From assembly GCF_009914755.1 (NCBI RefSeq), contig NC_060928.1: a stretch of 64,000 bases of DNA. One strand, written 5' to 3'. Positions within the stretch are counted from its first letter, which is position 1. Each line of letters begins with the position of its first letter. Under the pieces are notes generated by a model. That model did no database searches and was not told the origin of the DNA. It was given only the letters and a program-made list of their open reading frames with translations. A program made the translations under genes and the position numbers. This stretch comes from the human T2T-CHM13v2.0 reference genome, Homo sapiens. This document shows, piece by piece, positions 41,774 through 57,470 of this stretch.

Positions 41774-42659
41774 GCGCACACATTAAGGCTCCCTGTGCTG
41801 TAAAGTTCAATGTCTTTTGGGAAATGGAGTCATGTATCTGTCATCACAGCATCATCCAGAATAGTTTCAGCACCGAGAACTCCCCTGTGGCTCACCGACT
41901 CAGCTCCCCACTGTTGCCAATGCATTCATCCTCCTGCGGTTTCTTTTCACAAGTGCAAACAGATGCGAACGCATCCTAACCCCACTTTCAGACAGAAAAT
42001 GGAGCAGACACTCTGAAGCTTGCTTTTTTCTGCTTAATACGTCTCAGGGATCTTTCCTTGTTGGCACTCAGAGAAAGCCTTGCTTCTGTATCACAGCTGC
42101 TGGCTACCTGTTGTGTGGCTGCAGTGTGGTTTATCGGACACCCAGGTTACCTCCAAGGCATTGCTGTTAGAAATAAGCTGTATGGACAACCACGTACCCT
42201 GCTGTTTCAGAAGTCGACAGTCATCTGCAGGGTGAACTCCCAGGAGTGGGGTTGCTGGGCAAAGGGTCAGCACAGTCGTGGTTTTATGAGCGTTGGTCAT
42301 TTGCCCTCAGATGGGCCCCACTGGCACCATGCTCTCTGCAGCCTGCCCAGGGTCTGCTCCTGGATGCCCAGTGCTGCCACTCCAGGAGGTGCCACAGGGT
42401 CCCCTTGGGGTCTTTTTGCACTCCCTGACAGGGGGACATTGAGCAACATTTCCTACATTTTACGGTGATAGGCAGGAGCTGTCCGCGCGGGCCCCTCGCT
42501 GTTTTACTGTGGAGTTGTCGATTTTTTCCTCTGGTGCTTGAAGTGGAGGTCAGCTTCTCAAGCGGGGTTTAATTAACAGCAGCTGCTGGCGGAGGGGCTG
42601 GGGCCAGCCTGACTCCGAACCAAGACCAGCAGCAAAATTTGCTTGTTGCACATTAAAAG

Positions 42660-43060
42660 TAATGGGAGTGAGGAACATCAGACAAACCCCAGTGCAAGCA
42701 CAATCACAAAGATACCTGCCAGTTCTCCCCAGAACTGTCAAGGTCAGGAAAACAGGGACATCTGAAAAACCTTCCCGGCCAAAAGGCACCCCAAAAGACG
42801 AGGTGATGAAACCAGACGTGGTGTCCCCCATGGGCTTCTGCGTGGAGCAGAAGACGGATGTTAGGGGAAACTAAGGAAGTCGAGTCGAGTGTGAATTGTG
42901 AGTAAAAATAGCAGGTCCACGTTGGTTTACTGAATGTGACAGGTTACGCAGGTGTGAGATGGTCATCACGGGGGAGGCTGATGGGAGTTTATGCCAATGC
43001 CCTGCACTGGCTTCCCAACTTATCTATCTAAAACTTTAAAATAAAGTTTAGGTTAAAAAA
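42660..43060 (+). mobile_element. L1MC-like 3' end
   Basis: aacatcagacaaacc...actgtcaaggtca...ctaaaactttaaaataaagttt. Confidence 0.6.
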
Positions 43061-43069
43061 ACACTTTTA

Positions 43070-43471
<402 letters not shown>

Positions 43472-43589
43472 TCAAAGCCCTGCTCAAATGTCACTGCCTC
43501 CAGGAAGCCTTCCCTGACTGCCAGGCACAGTTAATATCCTCACTCGTACCCTCTGCCACCCAACGCCACTCCTGTTCCACACTATCAGT

Positions 43590-44515
<926 letters not shown>

Positions 44516-47070
44516 GTATTTCACAAATATTTCACGTGTGGAGGCTGGCGCAGAGCCCCTCCTCCAGGCAGCCTCCCCAGCTCTCTACGGGCAGGACTGG
44601 GGCTGTGCAGTGCTCCCCTTTCCCGACCCCTCTGCAATGGCTGCTCTGGCCGAGCTGTCCCATCTGGCTCCATGGCTGTCTCCACCATGAGGCCGAGTCT
44701 GGGCTCTCTAGAGGGCAGTAGGCATCTGACTCATCCATGTCGGATGCTGAGCCAGGCCCAGCATCGGGCAGGCAGGTTGGATCTGGGCAACACCGCCTGC
44801 TGACCCTGCCCCACTGAATAATAATGACGACGACTGCTCTCCTTTGTGGGACCCCTCCCCTACGCTGGCAGGTGTTGGGCCTGGGCAGGGCCGTAAAGCA
44901 GCTCCCCAAGGGGCTTCAAACCTAGGCTTCAGAATCTGCTCTCCATCATTGGGTTGCACCCCAGCATGAGCTATGTGGGCCAGTGGGGGAGTTTCCCGGT
45001 CCCCCCTCTGTGGTACCTGGACCGCTACGCTACCCTTGGTGAGCAGGGGAGGGCTATGCCAGGGTAGAAGGGGTGAGGGATATATCCATCCTGCAGCAAG
45101 CAAGTGAGGGGAGACCCCGGGACCCACACCTGGCTGGACACCAAAGTGGTGGGCCACGCCCCTGTGACGCCACCTGGGAGACACCCCAGCGGGTTAGCAG
45201 GCATGTGAGGTAGCAGCTGTGGATGTTGGCCCAACAAGGGGCTGCTGCCTGGAGCCTGCACTGGGTACCCGTCACGAGGCAGCCACCTCCTCCCTGTCTC
45301 TCCGGTGTCCCAGGGGGAGGTGCAGCCAGTGCTGTAGCCAGATCCTGCCGGGCACTGCTCACAGGCACACGTGGCTCGACACATGAGGCGGGAGAGCTCA
45401 AACCTCACCTAGGGCAAGCCCGTGCCTGCTGCAAGCCGGTGGTTCCCTCCCACCCAGCTGCCCACACAGCTTTGCCTCAGCAGAAGTGCACTTGACTGGG
45501 CTCTGCCCCCTTCTGCGTGTCTGGCAGAGGTGAACCCGGCTCGGAATACATGGGGCTGTTGGCTCCCACCTGGCTTGGGCAGCCCGGCCCCCTGTCACTG
45601 GCATTTGGTTTGTTAGTCATTCAGCAAACGCTTGCAGAGTGTGGTGCTGTGCTGGGCACGTGGCCCACAGAGAGCAAGGCCCGCCAGTCTCCTCGCTGGA
45701 GGAGCCCGCAGTGCAGGGGACCTGCCTAGGAAGCAAGTGGTGGTGACAGATGATGGCCCCAGTCCCAGGAGGGGCGGAGCATGCTGAGTCTTTCCAGGGC
45801 GCAGGGCAAGGGCTGGCCGGGCTGGCGGCCGGGGTAGGCCTCTTTGAGGAGGCAACACACCGCCGTCACAGCCTGGAGGAGAAGGGGTGCCAGGAAGGAG
45901 TGGTGTGCAGAAGCCAGGGCAGGCATTGGGGGTGTGGGACAGCACAGGGTGGCCAGGGCCCCGCCAGGGGTGGGAGAGGGGAGAGCAGGGTGAGGCTGGC
46001 AAGGATGGCTTGGATGTAACCAGGTGGGGAAAGAGAGGGGTCATGCGCCAAGTGCCCTGTGGTGCCATCTGCTAAGATTCAGGGCCGGCGGGGGGCAGTA
46101 GGTGTCCAGTTCTGGCTGGGTGGTGTCTGGGCTGGCTACTGGCCATCAGAGAGGCAGACGGTGGCACTGGCACAGGCCCTCATTCTGAGCTGCAGCCTGG
46201 GGACCTCAGTGAAAGCAGATGGCTCTGAAGACCCCGCCGGCGTGAGCTCCCCGCACAGAGTGTGGCCCTTAGAGAAGGCATGACCTTTAGGGAGGAGGAG
46301 GCTGGGAAACGGGAGGTGTCCAAAGGGTGTGGTCAGCGGGTGGACCAGTGGCCCAGAGAGACATGGAAGAGGGAGCCGGGAAGGGACTGCTGGGCTTGGC
46401 CACGTGGAAAACACTGGTGACCTGTGCCTGGGTAGTTTTGGGGAGCGCGGCGTGGGTGCGTTGATGCGAGGCCAGGAAGTAGGGCCTGGAAAGTAGCACT
46501 TGAGGTTTTGCTGGGAGGCGGCAGCACTGGCCGCAGGTGCCTGCGATCACCAGTGTGCTCCCCGTGACATCTGGCCCAGTCCAGGTGGGTAGCAGGGAGT
46601 CTGCAGGAATCCCCCTTGGAGCCCTCCTCCCCTCTGCCTGCTGTGACCTCAGCCTCGGAGCCTCGAGCTCCCAGGAGATGGCTCCCAGCTGGGAGGACTT
46701 CACTCCTTCGGCGGAGTTGGGGGACTGTGTGCTTGGGTTGGGTTAATGACTGTGTAAGCCAAGGTCAGGATCAACCCCCATCACTGGGCTCTGCAGAATG
46801 CCAAAATTCCAGCTGGGGTCCCACCCCTGATTCAGGAAAGTTGGGGCTCTGAGGAGTTCGGGCCTATGGGATTGGAGGTCCTGGGGGGACTCATCTGTAA
46901 GCTGGGATCTGATGTCCCCGGGCTCTTGGGAGAATGGCAGCCTTGCAGCCCCTGCTGTGTGCCCTCATCTGGGACCTTCTCCTCTGTGCACTCTCTCGGT
47001 CACCCACACCCCACCAGCCGGCTGGTCCACAGGGTGTTTCTGAGGCTTGGCCTCTTCTGGCTCTGTGATC

Positions 47071-47360
<290 letters not shown>

Positions 47361-48372
47361 CTGGCTCTGTGATTTTACCCTCTCCGCACCTCTGTTCCTT
47401 GTGGTTTTAAAGGTGGAGATGCTGAGGACTGGCGGGAGCTGCAGGGCTGCTGTGGGGGCTCCTATGTAGGCAGTGAGGGCTCTTTGGTCAGCTTCCTCCA
47501 AGGAAGGAAGGTCCCTCTTCTGAAATCTCCTCTGGGGAAACAGCTCGCTTCCCTCACCACCCCCAGATGAGGAGCACTGTGCTAAGGAGTCTCAGGCACC
47601 TGGTCAGCAGGTCAGGCAGACCCAGGGAGAAGGAAGGACTGTGGACCTGCTGGGCCGCAGAGTCAGCGATTCCCTGGGCTCCAGGCTGACGCCTGCCCCG
47701 ACAAATCAGGACATTCCGGCCAGTTCGGGGGTGGGTGTCTTCAGTTCCAGCCCAGGCACGAGAACTGCTGACCACTTCCTGCAGGCCTCCGACCCGGCGG
47801 CCCAGCCACCCATCCGGCTGGGGTGGCCATCAGTCATCTGGAAAGCCTATGAGCCCCGTGTCCTCGTTTTGCAAAGAGCAGTTCCTGAAATCATGGGGCC
47901 TAGAGCTCTGCTCTTCTGATCAGGGGCCGGTTTCAGCAGCAAAGGCCAGAAATAACACTTGGTGTGAGCGCTGCTGAATAGGGCACCGTCCTAGCCCTTT
48001 CCGGGGGATGACTCATCATGCTACCATTCCAGCACCAGCTGGTACGGGGCTCCAGGCTAGCGGCTTATCATGCCGGCCCGGATACACCCGTCCTTAAACT
48101 TGGGTGCGCAGAGGAATCAACTCAGGAAGGAACCTCAGGAGAGATTTGTGCAGGTCCTTCCCCCCATTCTTGGGTCTGAGTAGGGCTTGATAATGCCTTG
48201 GGAGGTGTGCGGGGCCATCTTTGCTTGTTTGTGTTTCTGGGAAACACTGCGTTCAGCAGAGACAGCATTTTATACAGGAGGAATCGGAGGCCGGGAAAGA
48301 TGACGGGGCTGCTCAGCGTGGAGCTGGGGTCCGGCCGGGCTGTGTTTTCCAGGGGCAGGAGCTGATCTCTGA

Positions 48373-48698
<326 letters not shown>

Positions 48699-48756
48699 CT
48701 CAGTCACCTTTAAAATGAAAGGGCCACGGAATCACCAGGAACTCTCCTTCCTGTGA

Positions 48757-49204
<448 letters not shown>

Positions 49205-49389
49205 CACTTGTCTTTATTTGTTGCCTTCTCTTCTGCTCCGAGTTTAGGTTCATGTCGCCACCTGGTGATTGGCTTCTCTGTGCATATATTTGCACAGTTG
49301 CAGGCATGACCAGGGTGGAGCAGTGAAGCGGGGCCTGACGTGATGTACCATGTTTCAAGCCTGTTTCACAGCACAAGACAGCCTCAGCT

Positions 49390-49592
49390 CTGTGGTCCAC
49401 AAACCACATGACCACATCTGGCCCCCTGTCTTGTATAATAGATAGTTTTCTTGGCATATGGCCACACCCGTTCACTTACTGCTATCTGTCTGCTTTCCTG
49501 CTGTAAGGGCAGGGTTGTGACGGACCTGATGGCTGGCAAAGCCAAATACGCATCCCCCGGCCCTACCCAGAGCACGTTTGCCTCCCCTCTTC
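49390..49592. mobile_element. MER58A-like hAT MITE
   Basis: caaac...atctggccc...gttttcttgg...ccacacccgttca...caaagccaaata...gtttgcctcccct. Confidence 0.6.
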
Positions 49593-51466
49593 TAGAACGA
49601 CCTTGGAGGCTCCTGCGCGCCTGTTTCTGCTGGACAGGGCCAATGGGAGAACCAGCAGCCTGCGAAAGTGGGGAGAGTATGGGTAGCCTCTAGCCCCTGG
49701 CCTCCGCATTCCTGAGAGTCACTTTTATGGCATTGTAGATTAACCCCTTGGGGTGCAAGCATGCTGGCCTCTCCTTGGCTACCAGTGTCCATAGTCCCCT
49801 GAAGTGGCTGTGGGAGCCACTTCACTGCCTGCCAGGAGCACAATTGTTTGAGCTGGCCCTGACCCCTGAGAAACCCTTTACGCCCCTGCTTTGCCTGGTT
49901 CCTCTCCCTCCAAGTCTCAGCCCAGATGCCTCCTCTTTCAGGAAGCCTTCCTTGATTTCATCCTCCTCTCTTTCCTCCCAGGCCTCCCTTTGCTGCTGCA
50001 CCAATCATGCTTTGCCATCCTGATCTGTTTCCCAGTCAGTTTCCTCCACTTGTCTGTAAGCTCCTCCTGTGAGCAGCCAAACCATGGGACAGGTAGGGTC
50101 CCACAAAGCAGAGCTGAGATGGGGGTGCTGCCATCGCCAGTGGCAGGTGGGGCTCCAAGCTGCAAAAAGCAGCATTACCTGGAGGTGGGGAGTGGGACCG
50201 ACCCTCAGAAGTGCAGTTTCCTGTGAGGGATGCAGTCCCCAGGACCCCTGCTGGTATGGGGGCAGGTCCGGATCACCTTCTGAGCCCAAGATGATTCACT
50301 GCAGAGAACTGAAAATGCTCTGAGACAGTGTGATGAAGCCAGAAACTGCCTGTGCCTTCCTATGACTGCAGCTGTCATCATTTGCTGCAGGAGGCTGAAA
50401 AACGCAAAGACAAAAGCCACCACCCGTGCGGGAGGTAGAAGGCAGGGCCCCTGCTCCCCAGCCAGCACCCCTGGCTTGAGTTGCAGCCTGGGGCTCGGGC
50501 CTCAGGGAGCCTGGTCAGCACTCAGGGTGTGCCTCCGAGGCTCTGGCTAGGAGCTGTCCTGGGACCTTCGAGATGGATAATTAAAAGGGGCGGCAGGGGG
50601 TGTTGGTGGTGGCGCTAAAAAGCCACAGCTGAAGGGTGTGGCTGGGGGCTTCACGCTGCTCTGTCCCAGGTGGGCCAGATTTGGGCTTTCCTGAAGGAAG
50701 GACACAGGAACAGATTTGGTAGCTTCTTTGAGCGACCTGGGAGAGTCACAGAAAAAGTCTGAAGGCACACTCGCGTTTCCCAGGCCATCGTGGCCATGCC
50801 TGCCGCTTCTAGTGCTGGCTAGAAATCGTGTCCTGGCACCTTGTCTGCCCAGACTCCTGAGCAGCCAGACCCTGGGATGGGAAGCACTTGCTGAAAATGA
50901 GCTTGTTCCGCCCTCAGGGAAAGCCTCTGGTCAGGGTGGCTTGTTTTGTTTTCTCTCTAACTCTAACATACCTGTTCAGCAGCTTCCCAGCCCGGAGCAG
51001 GCCAGAAACGGGGAACAATCTGGTGTAAAAGGCAGGTGGGGAGATGGAGAAACTCTAAGACTATCCCCTCACCCTGGCGATGGGTCACCTTGCCTTATAA
51101 TTCAGTAAAACACCAGCTGGTCCCAGAGATCAGGAAAGGGACAGAGGACGGTCGTTGCTTTCCAGAGCACCATTGCAAAGATTAACTCTGGAGCTTGGTG
51201 CTCGAAGGAGTGGGTGTTAGGTTCCCTGGAAAACCCCAGACTCCTGGGCAGGACTTGCTTCCCGGGGTTTCCGGCAATTGAGGGCACCACTGCCTTTGTC
51301 TCCGGCTGCTCCACTCACACCTTAGAAAGCCCCAGAGGGCAGTTGAGGGAGGGGTGAGGAACACAGGTTTGGTGCTGGAAGGACTGGGATCTGGGCTGGT
51401 TCTGCCACATAGGAGCTGTGTGGCCCTGGGCAGGTCATGCCTCCTCTAGACCCTCTGTGAATCAGT

Positions 51467-51538
51467 CCAGCGGGCATCAGGAGACTCTCACCAGCAGGCA
51501 TCAGGAGATACTCACCAGCAGGCATCAGGAGACAGTCA
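51467..51538. repeat. 24-bp tandem repeat x3 (CCAGCAGGCATCAGGAGAyactca)
   Basis: Units at 51467, 51491 and 51515. Confidence 0.9.
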
Positions 51539-53370
51539 AGCTGGTGGCGCCATCAGCAAGCCCCATGTGATGACAATCCTTGTGAAGGACTGAGCATCTT
51601 CTTGGCAAGTGACAATTTGAATTTATTACAACCACATCAGGGAGCAGAACTGGAGGGCACTTAGAAATCTCCAAGCCCAACTCTACCATTTGCAAGATGG
51701 AGAGACTGAGGCCCAGAGGAGTGACAGATTGTCCCGGGAGAATTGAAGCCTGAGCTGGGGTTCGGACAGGTCCTCTGGCAGGCAGGGCTGTGTGTGCTTC
51801 TGCCCCAGTGTCTGCAGCCTCCAGTTGGGCGTGCTTGGAAAGCCCCCAGCCCTGAAGGCTCAGGCGCCTTCCTCTAGGAGGCTGCTGGGTGTGCTGTGTG
51901 GAGTCGGGGTGCTCTGTGCAGTTGGGGAGGCTCTTGGAAAATTCCCCCGGCCTTGGGCCAGAAGTACAGCTGCAGAGACAAACAGGATACGGGGTCTCCA
52001 GCCACAGCAGGGGACAATGGCCAGGAGAGGAAATGTCTCCAGACCCGTGTGTGGATGTGGAGCCCGTCTGGGGGCTTTTTTCAACGTAGCTTCCAGAAAA
52101 ACAAACACAGGGGAAGCCAAGCATCTCTGGCCAGGAGATGAAATGTGTTCTGCCTACTCTGGAGAAGGGGTGGAGGTGTGAGCAGGCTGGAGAACTGGGG
52201 GCACCCGCTTTGAGTCTCAGGTCACAGATGGGAAACTGAGGCCCAGAGAAGGAGGTGCCACAGGCAGGCAGCAAGTTGACACAGGTGGTCTTGGGCGCCA
52301 ACTCCCCACTTCTCCCCACAGCCCCTTGGGGACATCATCTGAGCAGGGGCACAGGGCAGCCCCATCCCGTGATGGGGGTGACGAGGCCAGGGCACTGGTA
52401 GGAGGCGCTAACCTCCCAGGGACGTCGGTTCTTCCCCACCTGCCTGTCGAGCGCAGCCCCTCTGTGCTCCTCGCTGGGCCAAGGCTGCGGAGAGGACCCG
52501 GCACGGGCATTTGTTACATGCACAGAATCTCAGTGCAACTGAGCTGTGCACCTGTGCTTGGCTTGTTAGAAAAGTCCTTGAGTCTAATTTAATCTTTACG
52601 ATGACTCAGGGCATGGCCACAGATCTTACGTCCCCACCCGCCTGACACCCAGGGCTACTTGGAGGAAGTGACCACTCCATGAGGTTGTGTTGATGGATGT
52701 GTTGGACCCGAGGCACGAATGTGACCCTCGGTGGAGAAGACTCGCTGAGCAGGGGAGGGAGCCTCAGAGGCTACAGGTGGCACTGGTGGGGACGTGGGGA
52801 GAGGAAGACCTGGAGGGGTGGGGTGGGGTGATGTTGGGTGCTTCTGTGGGCATCCACAGGTCCTGGGCACTGGGGTGGCAGATGCCTCGGGGGTGGCCAC
52901 TCACCCAGGAAAGCAGCCCACATGGAGGAGAGGTGGGTGCCCAGAGTTGCACCCATTCCACAGGGAAGCTGCCAGTAGAATCCAGCTCCCAAAGTGCTCT
53001 GGGCTTCAGCAGTGGGACCTTTGTCAAGGGTGGAAGCATTACCCAGTCCCCTGAGACAGGGGAGGCAGAGGGAGCTGGACAGAGGCCTCCAGCTGGTGGG
53101 GGCTGGGCAGGAAGAAAGTTGAGCCCTGATGGGAGAAGGAAGGTGGGAGATGGGGCTGGCAGGTGTCTGCAAGGAAGGGTGGGGTGCTGAGGGCTGGAGT
53201 CCAGGAGGGGCTTCAGGATGGGGTCCCTGGACCTTGTATCGTCCATCCCCAAGGCCCAAGGAGGGGGCTGAGAGGACAGCAGGCTGCAGGGACTGCAGGC
53301 TGTTGGGGTTGAGGGGCTGTGATTGGGGGCCAATGTTTCTAACCACTGTCCCAGGCCTGCTTCACAGCTT

Positions 53371-53806
53371 ATGTACCGAGCTGACACCAAAAGGTAGGAC
53401 CACCCTGAACCTGTGAACCTGACCTTATTTGGGAAAGGAATCTTTGCAGATATAATTTCCTTAAGGGTCTCCAGATGAGATCATCTTGGGTTATTTAGGT
53501 GGACCCCAAATCCAGTGACAGGGCGCTTAAGGGAGACTGAAGAGGAGACACAGACACAGAGGAGGAGGCTGGGTGGAGACAAGGGCAAAGACTGGAGCGA
53601 TGCCACCTCTAGCCGGAGCATACCTGGAGCCCCAGAGGCTGGAGCAGGCAGGAAGAGGCCTCCCCTGGAGCTTCTGGAGGGAGCATGGCCCTTCCGACAG
53701 CTTGATTTTGGACTTTTGGCCTCCAGAACTGTAAGAGATGACATTTCTGCTGTCTGGAGACCCCAGTTTGTGGCACGCAGTTGTGGCAGCCCCATGAAAC
53801 TGATAG
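53371..53806 (+). mobile_element. MLT1-family LTR
   Basis: gaccttatttgg...ctttgcagatataat...ttggacttttggcctccagaactgtaagag...cagtttgtgg. Confidence 0.8.
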
Positions 53807-54371
53807 AGTGACTGCCCCTCGACGAGGCCAGAGAGAACACCATCTTCCTCCTCAGACGCAGCCGGGGCTGGGGAGCCGTGTCCCCGCAGGGAAGAAGAGC
53901 TGGTCTGGGAGCTGCGGCCCCTCTGCCTGTGGGTCAGACTTTCAGATTGCTGCCACTGGGGATTCTCTCAAAGTGTCCTTTGGTGCCTCTGAACCCTCCA
54001 ACCCACCGTGTGCTCACTGAGCATGTTGATGGCATGGAAGGTGGGGCCTGGCCAGGCCGGGCCGGGGAGCCTGGAGGCTGGGCCCCTAAGGGGCTTGGGC
54101 CTCACCTGGGCCATCCTCGAGTTCTTTTCGGGGCAGCGAGGGGACATGCCTAGGGCATCTGCAGCTGCACCCCCGATCCCGGGCCCTGGCCTCAGTGGGG
54201 CGGAGGGAGGGTGTGACTTGAGGGCTCACCGTGCAGGATGCAGGGACTTGAGGTAAGCGTCAGCCCCTGGGCAGAGCCTGTGATTAGAGAAAGGTGAACA
54301 GGACGGGAGGGCGAGGATGAAGGACGCAGGTGTGGGCTGGAGGGGCTTTGACCTGAGTAGCTCACCTGGGC

Positions 54372-54582
54372 TGGGAGTTCTCAGCCTGGGGTGACTTCAC
54401 CCCCAGGGGATCAATATCTGAGCTATGTTTGGCTGCTGTGATTAGAGGAGGGGGCTACTGGCATCCAGTGGGTGGAGGCCAGGGACCAGCTAAAACCCTC
54501 CAGTGCACAGGACAGCCCCCCGCCCTGCAACAAAGAAGGATGCGGCCCCAAATGTCGGTAGTGCCTTGGTTGAAAAGCCCAG
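54372..54582 (+). mobile_element. MER20 hAT MITE
   Basis: gctactggcatccagtgggtggaggccaggga...cagtgcacaggacagcccc...ggccccaaatgtc. Confidence 0.8.
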
Positions 54583-55219
54583 CCCTAAAGCCTTCAGAAC
54601 CAGTCAGACCTGGTTCCAGTCTTATCTTCTTGTTGGTCATTGGCCTTGGGCATGTCACATTACCTCCCTGAGCCTTAGTTTTCCTGTCTGTGAGATGGAT
54701 ACATAACTATTTGACTTAGGGATTATTCTTGGTTTTCTCAAACCAGGTGTGTGTAAAGCTCCGACCTATCACAGCACAGGCTGGAGGGATCCCTCCCATT
54801 CCCACTTCCTAGAGCTGGGCCGGAGCCCGCAGCCCACACCCACCACGTGGGTGCTCACACTCCTGTGTTGGCAAGGGCATCAGAGCAGGCAGACAGGCGG
54901 GACCAACAGGGCAATTTGAGTTCAGTTCTGCCTCTTGTCCCAGCTGACGTGAGCCCGGGCCAGGCTTCCTCAGCAGGCAGGGGCGAGATTACGTGCTTTG
55001 GCCTTGGGTCTGCCTGGCTGGGAAGGTTTCTGCTCTCAAACCTGGCTCAGGCCTGGAGACGGTGGGAGGGTAAAGAGGTAGACCCGTTGGGACAGGCCAG
55101 GCTAGCAAGGAGAGCTTGTGGTGAGGAGGAGGGGAGCCCATCTCTTCCCCTAAATGTTCCCATTGATGGAGCCAGTGGCCCGGAGGGCACCCGGGCAGAG
55201 ACGGAAGAAATTGCACGTG

Positions 55220-55372
55220 AGCGTTTGTGTGCATACGTGTGCCTGTCCATGTGTGCACACACTTGTGCTTGTGAGTCTCTGTGTGCCCATGCATATGTAT
55301 GTGTGTCTGCATGCACATGCGTGTGTGTGTGCATGCATGTATGTGTGCAGGCATGCGTGTGTGTGTGTGTGC
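55220..55372. repeat. Degenerate (TG)n upstream of the SH3TC1 promoter
   Basis: Alternating purine-pyrimidine tract. Confidence 0.85.
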
Positions 55373-55599
55373 AGTAAATGGAAGAGGAACAGAGATCAGA
55401 GCTGAGGCTGGCAGGGCTGAGGCAGCCGGTGGCTGGTGGACTTCCCCAATCCCAGCCTGGCGGGGGACTGGGTGCCCCTAGCCTCTACTACAGAGCCTGG
55501 GGGCTGGGCAGCGGGCAGGCAGGACAGGGCCTGGACCTCGTCCAGGAAAGAGCTAATGATCAACCGGCTGCGGTGTCTGTGCAGCCGCCCTGGGCCTGC

Positions 55600-55700
55600 C
55601 TCTCTGTCACCGGCCCTCAGGCGCAGGGAGGAAGTAGGGCAGGAAGCAGGGGGCGGAGGCCGCTGTGCAGTCAGCCTGGCTGTGGGCGGCCCCTGCCTGC
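55600..55700 (+). promoter_or_regulatory. SH3TC1: SH3TC1 proximal promoter (ETS and GC-box motifs)
   Basis: GGAAGT, CAGGAAG and GGGGCGG cluster at about 55630-55657 in a CpG-enriched patch directly upstream of a donor-terminated exon. Confidence 0.55.
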
Positions 55701-55819
55701 TCCGTCCAGCTGGAGACAGCCCCGTGGGGCCAGCCAGCGCTGGGCCAGGAGCGGCCACCTGGTTCCTGCGTGCTACGGCCCTGTGGGCCTGGGAGCTGCC
55801 TCTGAGGAACACGCCGCAG
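55700..55819 (+). other. SH3TC1: SH3TC1 non-coding exon 1 (5' boundary approximate)
   Basis: Ends in donor CAG|GTATGG at 55819/55820 and contains no ATG. When spliced to 61581, an in-frame TGA (55803) lies upstream of the main ATG. Confidence 0.7.
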
Positions 55820-57059
55820 GTATGGGGGGCTCCGGGGCAGGCGGGGCGTGGACTGGCCGAGCAGGCTGCTGTCTGCCAGTCTTGCCATGGTTGGATCTTT
55901 ACACTTTCTTGAGGACTTTTCTGACCTGTTTGGGATGGGGGTGGAGCGAAACTGCGAGCTGGGGGCCTCGGGGAGGTCGTCGGCACCCTCAGCAGACCCC
56001 ACTCAGAGCTCACAGGTGCTGGCAGTGCCAATCCGCAGTGATTGAGGGCAATGATTTCAGCTTTGACCAAGCACCCTTGCTTCTGGGACCTGGCCTGACC
56101 CCGTGCTGGCCCTTGGCATGAGCGGCCCTGGGGGTCTGGGAGCAGAGCCAGCCTGTCGCTGGATTCCAAGTCCAGCGGATCTCAGGTGTGACCCCAGCGC
56201 CCGGTTAGCTTGGGCCACACTACCAGACCTACCAGGGCGAGCCCAGCGCCTCAGCCTCACCCGGCACCGCAGTGGCTATAACTGGCCACTCTGATGCCGC
56301 CACCTGGGCCTCTTTTCCAACAACCAAATGGACCAGCAACTGGACCAGGGGCTTCAGCCTGAAAATTCCAGGGAGGGTCTGGGCCCAGCCTTCAACTGCA
56401 GGTGTGCCGGGGCGTGTGCTCCTGTGTGTGTACACCACTGAGACCCCCTCTGGGCCTGTGCGTGATCCCCAGGAGCCCTGGGAGCCCTGCCCTGTCTGTG
56501 AAGCGGGAGTTTCCGACCTTTTGCCGTTGACGAGGCTCAGATGAGATGAATAGCAAAGTGACGCTGGGGGGTGTTAGCGGTGTCGGCCAGTGCCAGGGCC
56601 AGAGGCAGCCTGCATGTGGGCCGGCCACTCAGGGTGTGGCCTCCCAGCGCCAGGCAGCGGGGCTGCGGCTGAGCTTGTGGCTGGAGGCAAGGCTGGGCCC
56701 GAGTCAGGTCTGGGTTTAGGATGGGTATGTGGGGGCTGGGCTCTGACCACCTGGGTTCAACCCCACCTGTGCTGCTTGGCTGTGTGACCTTGGGCAGGCA
56801 GAGTCACCGCAGCTGATGGCTCATCCGTGAAAGGGGCACAGCTGTGCCTCCCTCCTCCAGGTGAGCCGAGGATGCTGTGAGCACCCTGGATGGCCATAAT
56901 TATGTGACTGTCAACACTGTTGTTGACAGTGATGACAACTGTGTCCCGTGTGGGGCGCTGGGCCAGCGTTTTTTGCATGGAGACGTCACTCACTCTTCCA
57001 GCAACACGGGTGACGATGGCCGCACAACACAGAAGAGCAAGGCAGGGCCCAGCAGCGCA

Positions 57060-57470
57060 CGGGTGCGCCGGTTTCCCCTGCTGCCAGAGCGCAGGACACA
57101 GCCCTCTCGGTCGTGTTCTCTCGCGGCTCTGGAGGTCGGAATTCCGAACTCAAGGCGTCCCTCAGAAGGCTACTGGGCGGCTCCTCCCTGCCTCTTCCCG
57201 CTGCCTGTGGCTCAGGGCGCTCCTTGGCTGTGATTACATCAGTCCACTCTCAGCCCTGGTGGTCACATGGCCTCCTGCCCGGCTCCTCTGTGTGTCTCCG
57301 TGTCCTCTCTTTTACTTACAAGGACACCACGCACTGGATTTAGGGCCATCCTCATCTGGAACACCCTCATCCCAAGGGAAGGTCGCTTCATCTGCGCAGA
57401 CCATTTCCAAATAAGGCCCCATTCTGAGGTTTCTGGGGGCATGAATTTTGAAAGGACAGTGTCACCCCAG
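57060..57470 (-). mobile_element. MLT1-family LTR
   Basis: ctctggaggtcggaattccgaactcaagg...tacaaggacacc...ggatttagggcc...tttccaaataagg...ttctgaggt. Confidence 0.7.
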
